Source: Eledone cirrhosa (Eukaryota). From it: a DNA stretch of 64,000 bases. The stretch spans positions 332,382,001 to 332,446,000 of the forward strand of contig OZ024743.1 of assembly GCA_964016885.1 (NCBI GenBank), given 5' to 3'. Of the stretch, positions 32,901 to 47,900 are shown piece after piece. Each line of letters begins with the position of its first letter. Position 1 is the stretch's first letter. Made by a program: the position numbers and the translations under genes. The notes under the pieces are model-generated. The model was not told the DNA's origin. It saw only the letters and a program-made list of their open reading frames with translations, and searched no databases.

Positions 32901-35900
32901 GGAGCAGTACTGTAATGTGGTCTAACATATCTGTGTTGTGTCTAACAGCAGCACTGTCCCAGATGTGGGAGCAGTACTGTAATGTGGTCTAACATAACAG
33001 TTTCTTGTGTAACAGCAACACTGTCCCAGATGTGGGAGCAGTACTGTCATGTGGTCTAACATAACAGTGTCGTGTGTAACAGCAACACTGTCCCAGATGT
33101 GGGAGCAGTACTGTAATGCGGTCTAACATAACTGTGTTGTGTCTAATAACAACACTGTCCCAGATGTGGGAGCAGTACTGTAATGTGGTCTAAAATAACA
33201 GTGTTGTGTCTAACAGCAACACTGTCCCAGATGTGGGAGCAGTACTGTAATGTGGTCTAACATATCTGTGTTGTGTTTAACAGCAACGCTGTCCCAGATG
33301 TGGGAGCAGTACTGTAATGTGGTCTAACATAACAGTGTTGTGTCTAATAGCAACACTGTCCCAGATGTGGGAGCAGTACTGTAATGTGGTCTAACATATC
33401 TGTGTTGTGTCTAACAGCAACACTGTCCCAGATGTGGGAGCAGTACTGTAATGTGGTCTAACATAACTGTGTTGTGTCTAACAGCAGCACTGTCCCAGTT
33501 GTGGGAGCAGTACTGTAATGTGGTCTAACATAACTGTGTTGTGTCTAACAGCAACACTGTCCCAGATGTGGGAGCAGTACTGTAATGTGGTCTAACATAA
33601 CAGTGTCGTGTGTAACAGCAACACCGCCCCAGATGTGGGAGCAGTACTGTAATGTTGTCTAACATATCTGTGTTGTATCTAACAACAGCACTGTCCCAGT
33701 TGTGGGAGCAGTACTGTAATGTGGTCTAACATAACAGTGTCGTGTGTAACAGCAACACTGTCCCAGATGTGGGAGCAGTACTGTAATGTGGTCTAACATA
33801 ACAGTGTTGTGTCTAACAGCAGCACTGTCCCAGATGTGGGAGCTGTACTGTAATGTGGTCTAACATATCTGTGTTGTGTCTAACAGCAACACTGTCCCAG
33901 ATGTGGGAGCAGTACTGTAATGTGGTCTAACATATCTGTGTTGTGTCTAACAGCAGCACTGTCCCAGATGTGGGAGCAGTACTGTAATGTGGTCTAACAT
34001 ATCTGTGTTGTGTCTAACAGCAACGCTGTCCCAGATGTGGGAGCAGTACTGTAATGTGGTCTAACATAACAGTTTCTTGTGTAACAGCAACACTGTCCCA
34101 GATGTGGGAGCAGTACTGTCATGTGGCCTAACATAACAGTGTCGTGTGTAACAGCAACACTGTCCCAGATGTGGGAGCAGTACTGTAATGCGGTCTAACA
34201 TAACTGTGTTGTGTCTAATAACAACACTGTCCCAGATGTGGGAGCAGTACTGTAATGTGGTCTAACATAACAGTGTTGTGTCTAACAGCAACACTGTCCC
34301 AGATGTGGGAGCAGTACTGTAATGTGGTCTAACATATCTGTGTTGTGTTTAACAGCAACGCTGTCCCAGATGTGGGAGCAGTACTGTAATGTGGTCTAAC
34401 ATAACAGTGTTGTGTCTAACAGCAACACTGTCCCAGATGTGGGAGCAGTACTGTAATGTGGTCTAACATATCTGTGTTGTGTCTAACAGCAACACTGTCC
34501 CAGATGTGGGAGCAGTACTGTAATGAGGTCTAACATAACAGTGTTGTGTCTAACAGCAACACTGTCCCAGATGTGGGAGCAGTACTGTAATGTGGTCTAA
34601 CATATCTGTGTTGTGTCTAACAGCAACACTGTCCCAGATGTGCGAGCAGTACTGTAATGTGGTCTAACATATCTGTGTTGTATCTAACAGCAGCACTGTC
34701 CCAGATGTGGGAGCAGTACTGTAATGTGGTCTAACATATCTGTGTTGTGTCTAACAGCAACACTGTCCCAGATGTGCGAGCAGTACTGTAATGTGGTCTA
34801 ACATAACAGTGTCGTGTGTAACAGCAAGACTGTCCCAGATGTGGGAGCAGTACTGTAATGTGGTCTAACATAACGGTGTTGTGTCTAACAGCAACACTGT
34901 CCCAGATGTGGGAGCAGTACTGTTATGTGGTCTAACATATCTGTGTTGTGTCTAACAGCAGCACTGTCCCAGATGTGGGAGCAGTACTGTAATGTGGTCT
35001 AACATAACAGTGTCGTGTGTAACAGCAGCACTGTCCCAGATGAGGGAGCAGTACTGTAATGTGGTCTAACATAACAGTGTTGTGTCTAACAGCAACACTG
35101 TCCCAGATGTGGGAGCAGTACTGTAATGTGGTCTAACATAACAGTGTCGTGTGTAACAGCAACACTGTCCCAGATGTGGGAGCAGTACTGTAATGTGGTC
35201 TAACATATCTGTGTTGTGTCTAACAGCAGCACTGTCCCAGATGTGGGAGCAGTACTGTAATGTGGTCTAACATAACAGTTTCTTGTGTAACAGCAACACT
35301 GTCCCAGATGTGGGAGCAGTACTGTCATGTGGTCTAACATAACAGTGTCGTGTGTAACAGCAACACTGTCCCAGATGTGGGAGCAGTACTGTAATGCGGT
35401 CTAACATAACTGTGTTGTGTCTAATAACAACACTGTCCCAGATGTGGGAGCAGTACTGTAATGTGGTCTAAAATAACAGTGTTGTGTCTAACAGCAACAC
35501 TGTCCCAGATGTGGGAGCAGTACTGTAATGTGGTCTAACATATCTGTGTTGTGTTTAACAGCAACGCTGTCCCAGATGTGGGAGCAGTACTGTAATGTGG
35601 TCTAACATAACAGTGTTGTGTCTAACAGCAACACTGTCCCAGATGTGGGAGCAGTACTGTAATGTGGTCTAACATATCTGTGTTGTGTCTAACAGCAACA
35701 CTGTCCCAGATGTGGGAGCAGTACTGTAATGAGGTCTAACATAACAGTGTTGTGTCTAACAGCAACACTGTCCCAGATGTGGGAGCAGTACTGTAATGTG
35801 GTCTAACATATCTGTGTTGTGTCTAACAGCAACACTGTCCCAGATGTGCGAGCAGTACTGTAATGTGGTCTAACATATCTGTGTTGTATCTAACAGCAGC

Positions 35901-38900
35901 ACTGTCCCAGATGTGGGAGCAGTACTGTAATGTGGTCTAACATATCTGTGTTGTGTCTAACAGCAACACTGTCCCAGATGTGCGAGCAGTACTGTAATGT
36001 GGTCTAACATAACAGTGTCGTGTGTAACAGCAACACTGTCCCAGATGTGGGAGCAGTACTGTAATGTGGTCTAACATAACGGTGTTGTGTCTAACAGCAA
36101 CACTGTCCCAGATGTGGGAGCAGTACTGTTATGTGGTCTAACATATCTGTGTTGTGTCTAACAGCAGCACTGTCCCAGATGTGGGAGCAGTACTGTAATG
36201 TGGTCTAACATAACAGTGTCGTGTGTAACAGCAGCACTGTCCCAGATGAGGGAGCAGTACTGTAATGTGGTCTAACATAACAGTGTTGTGTCTAACAGCA
36301 ACACTGTCCCAGATGTGGGAGCAGTACTGTAATGTGGTCTAACATAACAGTGTCGTGTGTAACAGCAACACTGTCCCAGATGTGGGAGCAGTACTGTAAT
36401 GTGGTCTAACATATCTGTGTTGTGTCTAACAGCAACACTGTCCCAGATGTGGGAGCAGTACTGTAATGTGGTCTAACATATCTGTATTGTGTCTAACAGC
36501 AATGCTGTCCCAGATGTGGGAGCAGTACTGTAATGTGGTCTAACATAACTGTGTTGTGTCTAACAGCAGCACTGTCCCAGTTGTGGGAGCAGTACTGTAA
36601 TGTGGTCTAACATAACTGTGTTGTGTCTAACAGCAACACTGTCCCAGATGTGGAAGCAGTACTGTAATGTGGTCTAACATAACTGTGTTGTGTCTAACAG
36701 CAACACTGTCCCAGATGTGGGAGCAGTACTGTAATGTGGTCTAACGTAACAGTGTTGTGTCTAACAGCAACACTGTCCCAGATGTGGGAGCAGTACTGTA
36801 ATGTGGTCTAACATAACAGTGTCGTGTGTAACAGCAACACTGTCCCAGATGTGGGAGCAGTACTGTAATGTGGTCTAACATAACAGTGTCGTGTGTAACA
36901 ACAACACTGTCCCAGATGTGGGAGCAGTACTGTAATGTGGTCTAACATATCTGTGTTGTGTCTAACAGCAGCACTGTCCCAGTTGTGGGAGCAGTACTGT
37001 AATGTGGTCTAACATATCTGTGTCGTGTGTAACAGCAACACTGTCCCAGATGTGGGAGCAGTACTGTAATGTGGTCTAAGATATCTGTGTTGTGTCTAAC
37101 AGCAGCACTGTCCCAGATGTGGGAGCAGTACTGTAATGTGGTCTAACATATCTGTGTTGTGTCTAACAGCAACGCTGTCCCAGATGTGGGAGCAGTACTG
37201 TAATGTGGTCTAACATAACAGTGTTGTGTCTAACAGCAACACTGTCCCAGATGTGCGAGCAGTACTGTAATGTGGTCTAACATATCTGTGTCGTGTGTAA
37301 CAGCAACACTGTCCCAGATGTGGGAGCAGTACTGTAATGTGGTCTAACATAACAGTGTCGTGTGTAACAGCAACACTGTCCCAGATGTGGGAGCAGTACT
37401 GTAATGTGGTCTAACATAACAGTGTTGTGTCTAACAGCAACACTGTCCCAGATGTGCGAGCAGTACTGTAATATGGTCTAACATAACAGTGTCGTGTGTA
37501 ACAGCAACACTGCCCCAGATGTGGGAGCAGTACTGTAATGTGGTCTAACATATCTGTGTTGTGTCTAACAGCAACACTGTCCCAGATGTGGGAGCAGTAC
37601 TGTAATGTGGTCTAAAATAACAGTGTCGTGTGTAACAGCAACACTGTCCCAGATGTGGGAGCAGTACTGTAATGTGGTCTAACATAACAGTGTTGTGTCT
37701 AACAGCAACACTGTCCCAGATGTGGGAGCAGTACTGTAATGTGGTCTAACATAACAGTGTCGTGTGTAACAGCAACACTGTCCCAGATGTGGGAGCAGTA
37801 CTGTAATGTGGTCTAACATATCTGTGTTGTGTCTAACAGCAGCACTGTCCCAGATGTGGGAGCAGTACTGTAATGTGGTCTAACATAACAGTGTTGTGTC
37901 TAACAGCAACACTGTCCCAGATGTGGGAGCAGTACTGTAATGTGGTCTAACATAATAGTGTCGTGTGTAACAGCAACACTGTCCCAGATGTGGGAGCAGT
38001 ACTGTAATGTGGTCTAACATATCTGTGTTGTGTCTAACAGCAGCACTGTCGCAGATGTGGGAGCAGTACTGTAATGTGGTCTAACATATCTGTGTTGTGT
38101 CTAACAGCAATGCTGTCCCAGATGTGGGAGCAGTACTGTAATGTGGTCTAACATAACTGTGTTGTGTCTAACAGCAGCACTGTCCCAGTTGTGGGAGCAG
38201 TACTGTAATGTGGTCTAACATAACTGTGTTGTGTCTAACAGCAACACTGTCCCAGATGTGGGAGCAGTACTGTAATGTGGTCTAACATAACAGTGTCGTG
38301 TGTAACAGCAACACCGCCCCAGATGTGGGAGCAGTACTGTAATGTGGTCTAACATATCTGTGTTGTATCTAACAGCAGCACTGTCCCAGTTGTGGGAGCA
38401 GTACTGTAATGTGGTCTAACATAACAGTGTCGTGTGTAACAGCAACACTGTCCCAGATGTGGGAGCAGTACTGTAATGTGGTCTAACATATCTGTGTCGT
38501 GTGTAACAGCAACACTGTCCCAGATGTGGGAGCAGTACTGTAATGTGGTCTAACATAACAGTGTTGTGTCTAACAGCAGCACTGTCCCAGATGTGGGAGC
38601 TGTACTGTAATGTGGTCTAACATATCTGTGTTGTGTCTAACAGCAACACTGTCCCAGATGTGGGAGCAGTACTGTAATGTGGTCTAACATATCTGTGTTG
38701 TGTCTAACAGCAGCACTGTCCCAGATGTGGGAGCAGTACTGTAATGTGGTCTAACATAACAGTGTCGTGTGTAACAGCAACACTGTCCCAGATGTGGGAG
38801 CAGTACTGTAATGTGGTCTAACATATCTGTGTTGTGTCTAACAGCAGCACTGTCCCAGATGTGGGAGCAGTACTGTAATGTGGTCTAACATAACAGTGTT

Positions 38901-41900
38901 GTGTCTAACAGCAACACTGTCCCAGATGTGGGAGCAGTACTGTAATGTGGTCTAACATAACAGTGTCGTGTGTAACAGCAACACTGTCCCAGATGTGGCA
39001 GCAGTACTGTAATGTGGTCTAACATATCTGTGTTGTGTCTAACAGCAGCACTGTCGCAGATGTGGGAGCAGTACTGTAATGTGGTCTAACATATCTGTGT
39101 TGTGTCTAACAGCAATGCTGTCCCAGATGTGGGAGCAGTACTGTAATGTGGTCTAACATAACTGTGTTGTGTCTAACAGCAGCACTGTCCCAGTTGTGGG
39201 AGCAGTACTGTAATGTGGTCTAACATAACTGTGTTGTGTCTAACAGCAGCACTGTCCCAGATGTGGGAGCTGTACTGTAATGTGGTCTAACATATCTGTG
39301 TTGTGTCTAACAGCAACACTGTCCCAGGTGGGAGCAGTACTGTAATGTGGTCTAACATATCTGTGTTGTGTCTAACAGCAGCACTGTCCCAGATGTGGGA
39401 GCAGTACTGTAATGTGGTCTAACATATCTGTGTTGTGTCTAACAGCAACGCTGTCCCAGATGTGGGAGCAGTACTGTAATGTGGTCTAACATAACAGTTT
39501 CTTGTGTAACAGCAACACTGTCCCAGATGTGGGAGCAGTACTGTAATGTGGTCTAACATATCTGTGTTGTGTCTAACAGCAGCACTGTCCCAGATGTGGG
39601 AGCAGTACTGTTATGTGGTCTAACATATCTGTGTTGTGTCTAACAGCAACGCTGTCCCAGATGTGGGAGCAGTACTGTAATGTGGTCTAACATAACAGTT
39701 TCTTGTGTAACAGCAACAATGTCCCAGATGTGGGAGCAGTACTGTAATGTGGTCTAACATAACAGTGTCGTGTGTAACAGCAACACTGTCCCAGATGTGG
39801 GAGCAGTACTGTAATGCGGTCTAACATAACTGTGTTGTGTCTAATAACAACACTGTCCCAGATGTGGGAGCAGTACTGTAATGTGGTCTAACATAACAGT
39901 GTTGTGTCTAACAGCAACACTGTCCCAGATGTGGGAGCAGTACTGTAATGTGGTCTAACATATCTGTGTTGTGTTTAACAGCTACGCTGTCCCAGATGTG
40001 GGAGCAGTACTGTAATGTGGTCGAACATAACAGTGTTGTGTCTAACAGCAACACTGTCCCAGATGTGGGAGCAGTACTGTAATGTGGTCTAACATATCTG
40101 TGTTGTGTCTAACAGCAACACTGTCCCAGATGTGGGAGCAGTACTGTAATGAGGTCTAACATAACAGTGTTGTGTCTAACAGCAACACTGTCCCAGATGT
40201 GGGAGCAGTACTGTAATGTGGTCTAACATATCTGTGTTGTGTCTAACAGCAACACTGTCCCAGATGTGCGAGCAGTACTGTAATGTGGTCTAACATAACT
40301 GTGTTGTATCTAACAGCAGCACTGTCCCAGATGTGGGAGCAGTACTGTAATGTGGTCTAACATATCTGTGTTGTGTCTAACAGCAACACTGTCCCAGATG
40401 TGCGAGCAGTACTGTAATGTGGTCTAACATATCTGTGTTGTGTCTAACAGCAGCACTGTCCCAGATGTGGGAGCAGTACTGTAATGTGGTCTAACATATC
40501 TGTGTTGTGTCTAACAGCAACGCTGTCCCAGATGTGGGAGCAGTACTGTAATGTGGTCTAACATAACAGTGTCGTGTGTCACAGCAACACTGTCCCAGAT
40601 GTGGGAGCAGTACTGTAATGTGGTCTAACATAACAGTGTCGTGTGTAACAGCAACACTGTCCCAGATGTGGGAGCAGTACTGTAATGTGGTCTAACATAT
40701 CTGTGTTGTGTCTAACAGCAGCACTGTCCCAGATGTGGGAGCAGTACTGTAATGTGGTCTAACATAACAGTGTTGTGTCTAACAGCAACACTGTCCCAGA
40801 TGTGGGAGCAGTACTGTAATGTGGTCTAACATAACAGTGTCGTGTGTAACAGCAACACTGTCCCAGATGTGCGAGCAGTACTGTAATGTGGTCTAACATA
40901 TCTGTGTTGTGTCTAACAGCAGCACTGTCGCAGATGTGGGAGCAGTACTGTAATGTGGTCTAACATATCTGTGTTGTGTCTAACAGCAATGCTGTCCCAG
41001 ATGTGGGAGCAGTACTGTAATGTGGTCTAACATAACTGTGTTGTGTCTAACAGCAGCACTGTCCCAGTTGTGGGAGCAGTACTGTAATGTGGTCTAACAT
41101 AACTGTGTTGTGTCTAACAGCAACACTGTCCCAGATGTGGGAGCAGTACTGTAATGTGGTCTAACATAACAGTGTCGTGTGTAACAGCAACACCGCCCCA
41201 GATGTGGGAGCAGTACTGTAATGTGGTCTAACATATCTGTGTTGTATCTAACAGCAGCACTGTCCCAGTTGTGGGAGCAGTACTGTAACGTGGTCTAACA
41301 TATCTGTGTTGTGTTTAACAGCTACGCTGTCCCAGATGTGGGAGCAGTACTGTAATGTGGTCGAACATAACAGTGTTGTGTCTAACAGCAACACTGTCCC
41401 AGATGTGGGAGCAGTACTGTAATGTGGTCTAACATATCTGTGTTGTGTCTAACAGCAACACTGTCCCAGATGTGGGAGCAGTACTGTAATGAGGTCTAAC
41501 ATAACAGTGTTGTGTCTAACAGCAACACTGTCCCAGATGTGGGAGCAGTACTGTAATGTGGTCTAACATATCTGTGTTGTGTCTAACAGCAACACTGTCC
41601 CAGATGTGCGAGCAGTACTGTAATGTGGTCTAACATAACTGTGTTGTATCTAACAGCAGCACTGTCCCAGATGTGGGAGCAGTACTGTAATGTGGTCTAA
41701 CATATCTGTGTTGTGTCTAACAGCAACACTGTCCCAGATGTGCGAGCAGTACTGTAATGTGGTCTAACATATCTGTGTTGTGTCTAACAGCAGCACTGTC
41801 CCAGATGTGGGAGCAGTACTGTAATGTGGTCTAACATATCTGTGTTGTGTCTAACAGCAACGCTGTCCCAGATGTGGGAGCAGTACTGTAATGTGGTCTA

Positions 41901-44900
41901 ACATAACAGTGTCGTGTGTCACAGCAACACTGTCCCAGATGTGGGAGCAGTACTGTAATGTGGTCTAACATAACAGTGTCGTGTGTAACAGCAACACTGT
42001 CCCAGATGTGGGAGCAGTACTGTAATGTGGTCTAACATATCTGTGTTGTGTCTAACAGCAGCACTGTCCCAGATGTGGGAGCAGTACTGTAATGTGGTCT
42101 AACATAACAGTGTTGTGTCTAACAGCAACACTGTCCCAGATGTGGGAGCAGTACTGTAATGTGGTCTAACATAACAGTGTCGTGTGTAACAGCAACACTG
42201 TCCCAGATGTGGGAGCAGTACTGTAATGTGGTCTAACATATCTGTGTTGTGTCTAACAGCAGCACTGTCGCAGATGTGGGAGCAGTACTGTAATGTGGTC
42301 TAACATATCTGTGTTGTGTCTAACAGCAATGCTGTCCCAGATGTGGGAGCAGTACTGTAATGTGGTCTAACATAACTGTGTTGTGTCTAACAGCAGCACT
42401 GTCCCAGTTGTGGGAGCAGTACTGTAATGTGGTCTAACATAACTGTGTTGTGTCTAACAGCAACACTGTCCCAGATGTGGGAGCAGTACTGTAATGTGGT
42501 CTAACATAACAGTGTCGTGTGTAACAGCAACACCGCCCCAGATGTGGGAGCAGTACTGTAATGTGGTCTAACATATCTGTGTTGTATCTAACAGCAGCAC
42601 TGTCCCAGTTGTGGGAGCAGTACTGTAATGTGGTCTAACATATCTGTGTCGTGTGTAACAGCAACACTGTCCCAGATGTGGGAGCAGTACTGTAATGTGG
42701 TCTAACATATCTGTGTCGTGTGTAACAGCAACACTGTCCCAGATATGGGAGCAGTACTGTAATGTGGTCTAACATAACAGTGTTGTGTCTAACAGCAGCA
42801 CTGTCCCAGATGTGGGAGCTGTACTGTAATGTGGTCTAACATATCTGTGTTGTGTCTAACAGCAACACTGTCCCAGATGTGGGAGCAGTACTGTAATGTG
42901 GTCTAACATATCTGTGTTGTGTCTAACAGCAGCACTGTCCCAGATGTGGGAGCAGTACTGTAATGTGGTCTAACATATCTGTGTTGTGTCTCTACAGCAA
43001 CGCTGTCCCAGATGTGGGAGCAGTACTGTAATGTGGTCTACCATAACAGTTTCTTGTGTAACAGCAACACTGTCCCAGATGTGGGAGCAGTACTGTAATG
43101 TGGTCTAACATATCTGTGTTGTGTCTAACAGCAGCACTGTCCCAGATGTGGGAGCAGTACTGTTATGTGGTCTAACATATCTGTGTTGTGTCTAACAGCA
43201 ACGCTGTCCCAGATGTGGGAGCAGTACTGTAATGTGGTCTAACATAACAGTTTCTTGTGTAACAGCAACACTGTCCCAGATGTGGGAGCAGTACTGTAAT
43301 GTGGTCTAACATAACAGTGTCGTGTGTAACAGCAACACTGTCCCAGATGTGGGAGCAGTACTGTAATGCGGTCTAACATAACTGTGTTGTGTCTAATAAC
43401 AACACTGTCCCAGATGTGGGAGCAGTACTGTAATGTGGTCTAACATAACAGTGTTGTGTCTAACAGCAACACTGTCCCAGATGTGGGAGCAGTACTGTAA
43501 TGTGGTCTAACATATCTGTGTTGTGTTTAACAGCTACGCTGTCCCAGATGTGGGAGCAGTACTGTAATGTGGTCGAACATAACAGTGTTGTGTCTAACAG
43601 CAACACTGTCCCAGATGTGGGAGCAGTACTGTAATGTGGTCTAACATATCTGTGTTGTGTCTAACAGCAACACTGTCCCAGATGTGTGAGCAGTACTGTA
43701 ATGAGGTCTAACATAACAGTGTTGTGTCTAACAGCAACACTGTCCCAGATGTGGGAGCAGTACTGTAATGTGGTCTAACATATCTGTGTTGTGTCTAACA
43801 GCAACACTGTCCCAGATGTGCGAGCAGTACTGTAATGTGGTCTAACATATCTGTGTTGTATCTAACAGTAGCACTGTCCCAGATGTGGGAGCAGTACTGT
43901 AATGTGGTCTAACATATCTGTGTTGTGTCTAACAGCAACACTGTCCCAGATGTGCGAGCAGTACTGTAATGTGGTCTAACATATCTGTGTTGTGTCTAAC
44001 AGCAGCACTGTCCCAGATGTGGGAGCAGTACTGTAATGTGGTCTAACATATCTGTGTTGTGTCTAACAGCAACGCTGTCCCAGATGTGGGAGCAGTACTG
44101 TAATGTGGTCTAACATAACAGTGTCGTGTGTCACAGCAACACTGTCCCAGATGTGGGAGCAGTACTGTAATGTGGTCTAACATAACGGTGTTGTGTCTAA
44201 CAGCAACACTGTCCCAGATTTGGGAGCAGTACTGTTATGTGGTCTAACATATCTGTGTTGTGTCTAACAGCAGCACTGTCCCAGATGTGGGAGCAGTACT
44301 GTAATGTGGTCTAACATAACAGTGTCGTGTGTAACAGCAGCACTGTCCCAGATGAGGGAGCAGTACTGTAATGTGGTCTAACATAACAGTGTTGTGTCTA
44401 ACAGCAACACTGTCCCAGATGTGGGAGCAGTACTGTAATGTGGTCTAACATAACAGTGTCGTGTCTAACAGCAGCACTGTCCCAGTTGTGGGAGCAGTAC
44501 TGTAATGTGGTCTAACATAACTGTGTTGTGTCTAACAGCAACACTGTCCCAGTTGTGGGAGCAGTACTGTAATGTGGTCTAACATAACAGTGTTGTGTCT
44601 AACAGCAACGCTGTCCCAGATGTGGGAGCAGTACTGTAATGTGGTCTAACATAACAGTGTTGTGTCTAACAGCAACACTGTCCCAGATGTGCGAGCAGTA
44701 CTGTAATGTGGTCTAACATATCTGTGTCGTGTGTAACAGCAACACTGTCCCAGATGTGGGAGCAGTACTGTAATGTGGTCTAAGATATCTGTGTTGTGTC
44801 TAACAGCAGCACTGTCCCAGATGTGGGAGCAGTACTGTAATGTGGTCTAACATATCTGTGTTGTGTCTAACAGCAACGCTGTCCCAGATGTGGGAGCAGT

Positions 44901-47900
44901 ACTGTAATGTGGTCTAACATAACAGTGTTGTGTCTAACAGCAACACTGTCCCAGATGTGCGAGCAGTACTGTAATGTGGTCTAACATATCTGTGTCGTGT
45001 GTAACAGCAACACTGTCCCAGATGTGGGAGCAGTACTGTAATGTGGTCTAACATAACAGTGTCGTGTGTAACAGCAACACTGTCCCAGATGTGGGAGCAG
45101 TACTGTAATGTGGTCTAACATAACAGTGTTGTGTCTAACAGCAACACTGTCCCAGATGTGCGAGCAGTACTGTAATATGGTCTAACATAACAGTGTCGTG
45201 TGTAACAGCAACACTGTCCCAGATGTGGGAGCAGTACTGTAATGTGGTCTAACATAACAGTGTTGTGTCTAACAGCAACACTGTCCCAGATGTGGGAGCA
45301 GTACTGTAATGTGGTCTAACATAACAGTGTCGTGTGTAACAGCAACACTGCCCCAGATGTGGGAGCAGTACTGTAATGTGGTCTAACATATCTGTGTTGT
45401 GTCTAACAGCAACACTGTCCCATATGTGGGCGCAGTACTGTAATGTGGTCTAACATAACAGTGTCGTGTGTAACAGCAACACTGTCCCAGATGTGGGAGC
45501 AGTACTGTAATGTGGTCTAACATAACAGTGTTGTGTCTAACAGCAACACTGTCCCAGATGTGGGAGCAGTACTGTAATGTGGTCTAACATAACAGTGTCG
45601 TGTGTAACAGCAACACTGCCCCAGATGTAGGAGCAGTACTGTAATGTGGTCTAACATATCTGTGTTGTGTCTAACAGCAGCACTGTCCCAGATGTGGGAG
45701 CATAACTGTAATGTGGTCTAACGTAACAGTGTCTTGTGTAACAGCAACACTGTCCCAGATGTGGGAGCAGTACTGTAATGTGGTCTAACATAACTGTGTT
45801 GTGTCTAATAACAACACTGTCCCAGATGTGGGAGCAGTACAGTAATGTGGTCTAACATAACAGTGTCGTGTGTACTATATAAACTGTCCCAGATGTTTGG
45901 AGCAGTACTGTAATGTGGTCTAACATAACAGTATCGTGTGTAACAGCAACACTGTCCCAGATGTGGGAGCAGTACTGTAATGTGGTCTAACATAACAGTG
46001 TCTTGTGTAACAGCAACACTGTCCCAGATGTGGGAGCAGTACTGTAATGTGGTCTAACATAACAGTGTCGTGTGTAACAGCAACACTGTCCCAGATGTGG
46101 GAGCAGTACTGTAATGTGGTCTAACATATCTGTGTTGTGTCTAACAGCAGCACTGTCCCAGATGTGGGAGCAGTACTGTAATGTGGTCTAACATAACAGT
46201 GTTGTGACTAACAGCAACACTGTCCCAGATGTGGGAGCAGTACTGTAATGTGGTCTAACATAACAGTGTCGTGTGTAACAGCAACACTGTCCCAGATGTG
46301 GGAGCAGTACTGTAATGTGGTCTAACATAACAGTGTCGTGTGTAACAGCAACACTGTCCCAGATGTGGGAGCAGTACTGTAATGTGGTCTAACATAACAG
46401 TGTTGTGTCTAACAGCAACACTGTCCCAGATGTGGGAGCAGTACTGTAATGTGGTCTAACATAACAGTGTCGTGTGTAACAGCAACACTGTCCCAGATGT
46501 GGGAGCAGTACTGTAATGTGGTCTAACATAACAGTGTTGTGTCTAACAGCAACACTGTCCCAGATGTGGGAGCAGTACTGTAATGTGGTCTAACATAACA
46601 GTGTTGTGTCTAACAGCAACACTGTCCCAGATGTCGGAGCAGTACTGTAATGTGGTCTAACATAACAGTGTTGTGTCTAACAGCAACACTGTCCCAGATG
46701 TGGGAGCAGTACTGTAATGTGGTCTAACATAACAGTGTCGTGTGTAACAGCAACACTGTCCCAGATGTGGGAGCAGTACTGTAATGTGGTCTAACATAAC
46801 AGTGTTGTGTCTAACAGCAACACTGTCCCAGATGTGGGAGCAGTACTGTAATGTGGTCTAACATAACAGTGTCGTGTGTAACAGCAACACTGTCCCAGAT
46901 GTGGGAGCAGTACTGTAATGTGGTCTAACATAACAGTGTCGTGTGTAACAGCAACACTGTCCCAGATGTGGGAGCAGTACTGTAATGTGGTCTAACATAT
47001 CTGTGTTGTGTCTAACAGCAGCACTGTCGCAGATGTGGGAGCAGTACTGTAATGTGGTCTAACATATCTGTGTTGTGTCTAACAGCAATGCTGTCCCAGA
47101 TGTGGGAGCAGTACTGTAATGTGGTCTAACATAACTGTGTTGTGTCTAACAGCAGCACTGTCCCAGTTGTGGGAGCAGTACTGTAATGTGGTCTAACATA
47201 ACTGTGTTGTGTCTAACAGCAACACTGTCCCAGATGTGGGAGCAGTACTGTAATGTGGTCTAACATAACAGTGTCGTGTGTAACAGCAACACCGCCCCAG
47301 ATGTGGGAGCAGTACTGTAATGTGGTCTAACATATCTGTGTTGTATCTAACAGCAGCACTGTCCCAGTTGTGGGAGCAGTACTGTAATGTGGTCTAACAT
47401 ATATGTGTCGTGTGTAACAGCAACACTGTCCCAGATGTGGGAGCAGTACTGTAATGTGGTCTAACATATCTGTGTTGTGTCTAACAGCAGCACTGTCCCA
47501 GATGTGGGAGCAGTACTGTAATGTGGTCTAACATATCTGTGTTGTGTCTAACAGCAACGCTGTCCCAGATGTGGGAGCAGTACTGTAATGTGGTCTAACA
47601 TAACAGTGTTGTGTCTAACAGCAACACTGTCCCAGATGTGGGAGCATTACTGTAATGTGGTCTAACATAACAGTGTCGTGTCTGACAGCAACACTGTCCC
47701 AGATGTGGGAGCAGTACTGTAATGTGGTCTAACATAACAGTGTCGTGTGTAACAGCAACACTGTCCCAGATGTGGGAGCAGTACTGTAATGTGGTCTAAC
47801 ATATCTGTGTTGTGTCTAACAGCAGCACTGTCCCAGATGTGGGAGCAGTACTATAATGTGGTCTAACATATCTGTGTCGTGTGTAACAGCAACACTGTCC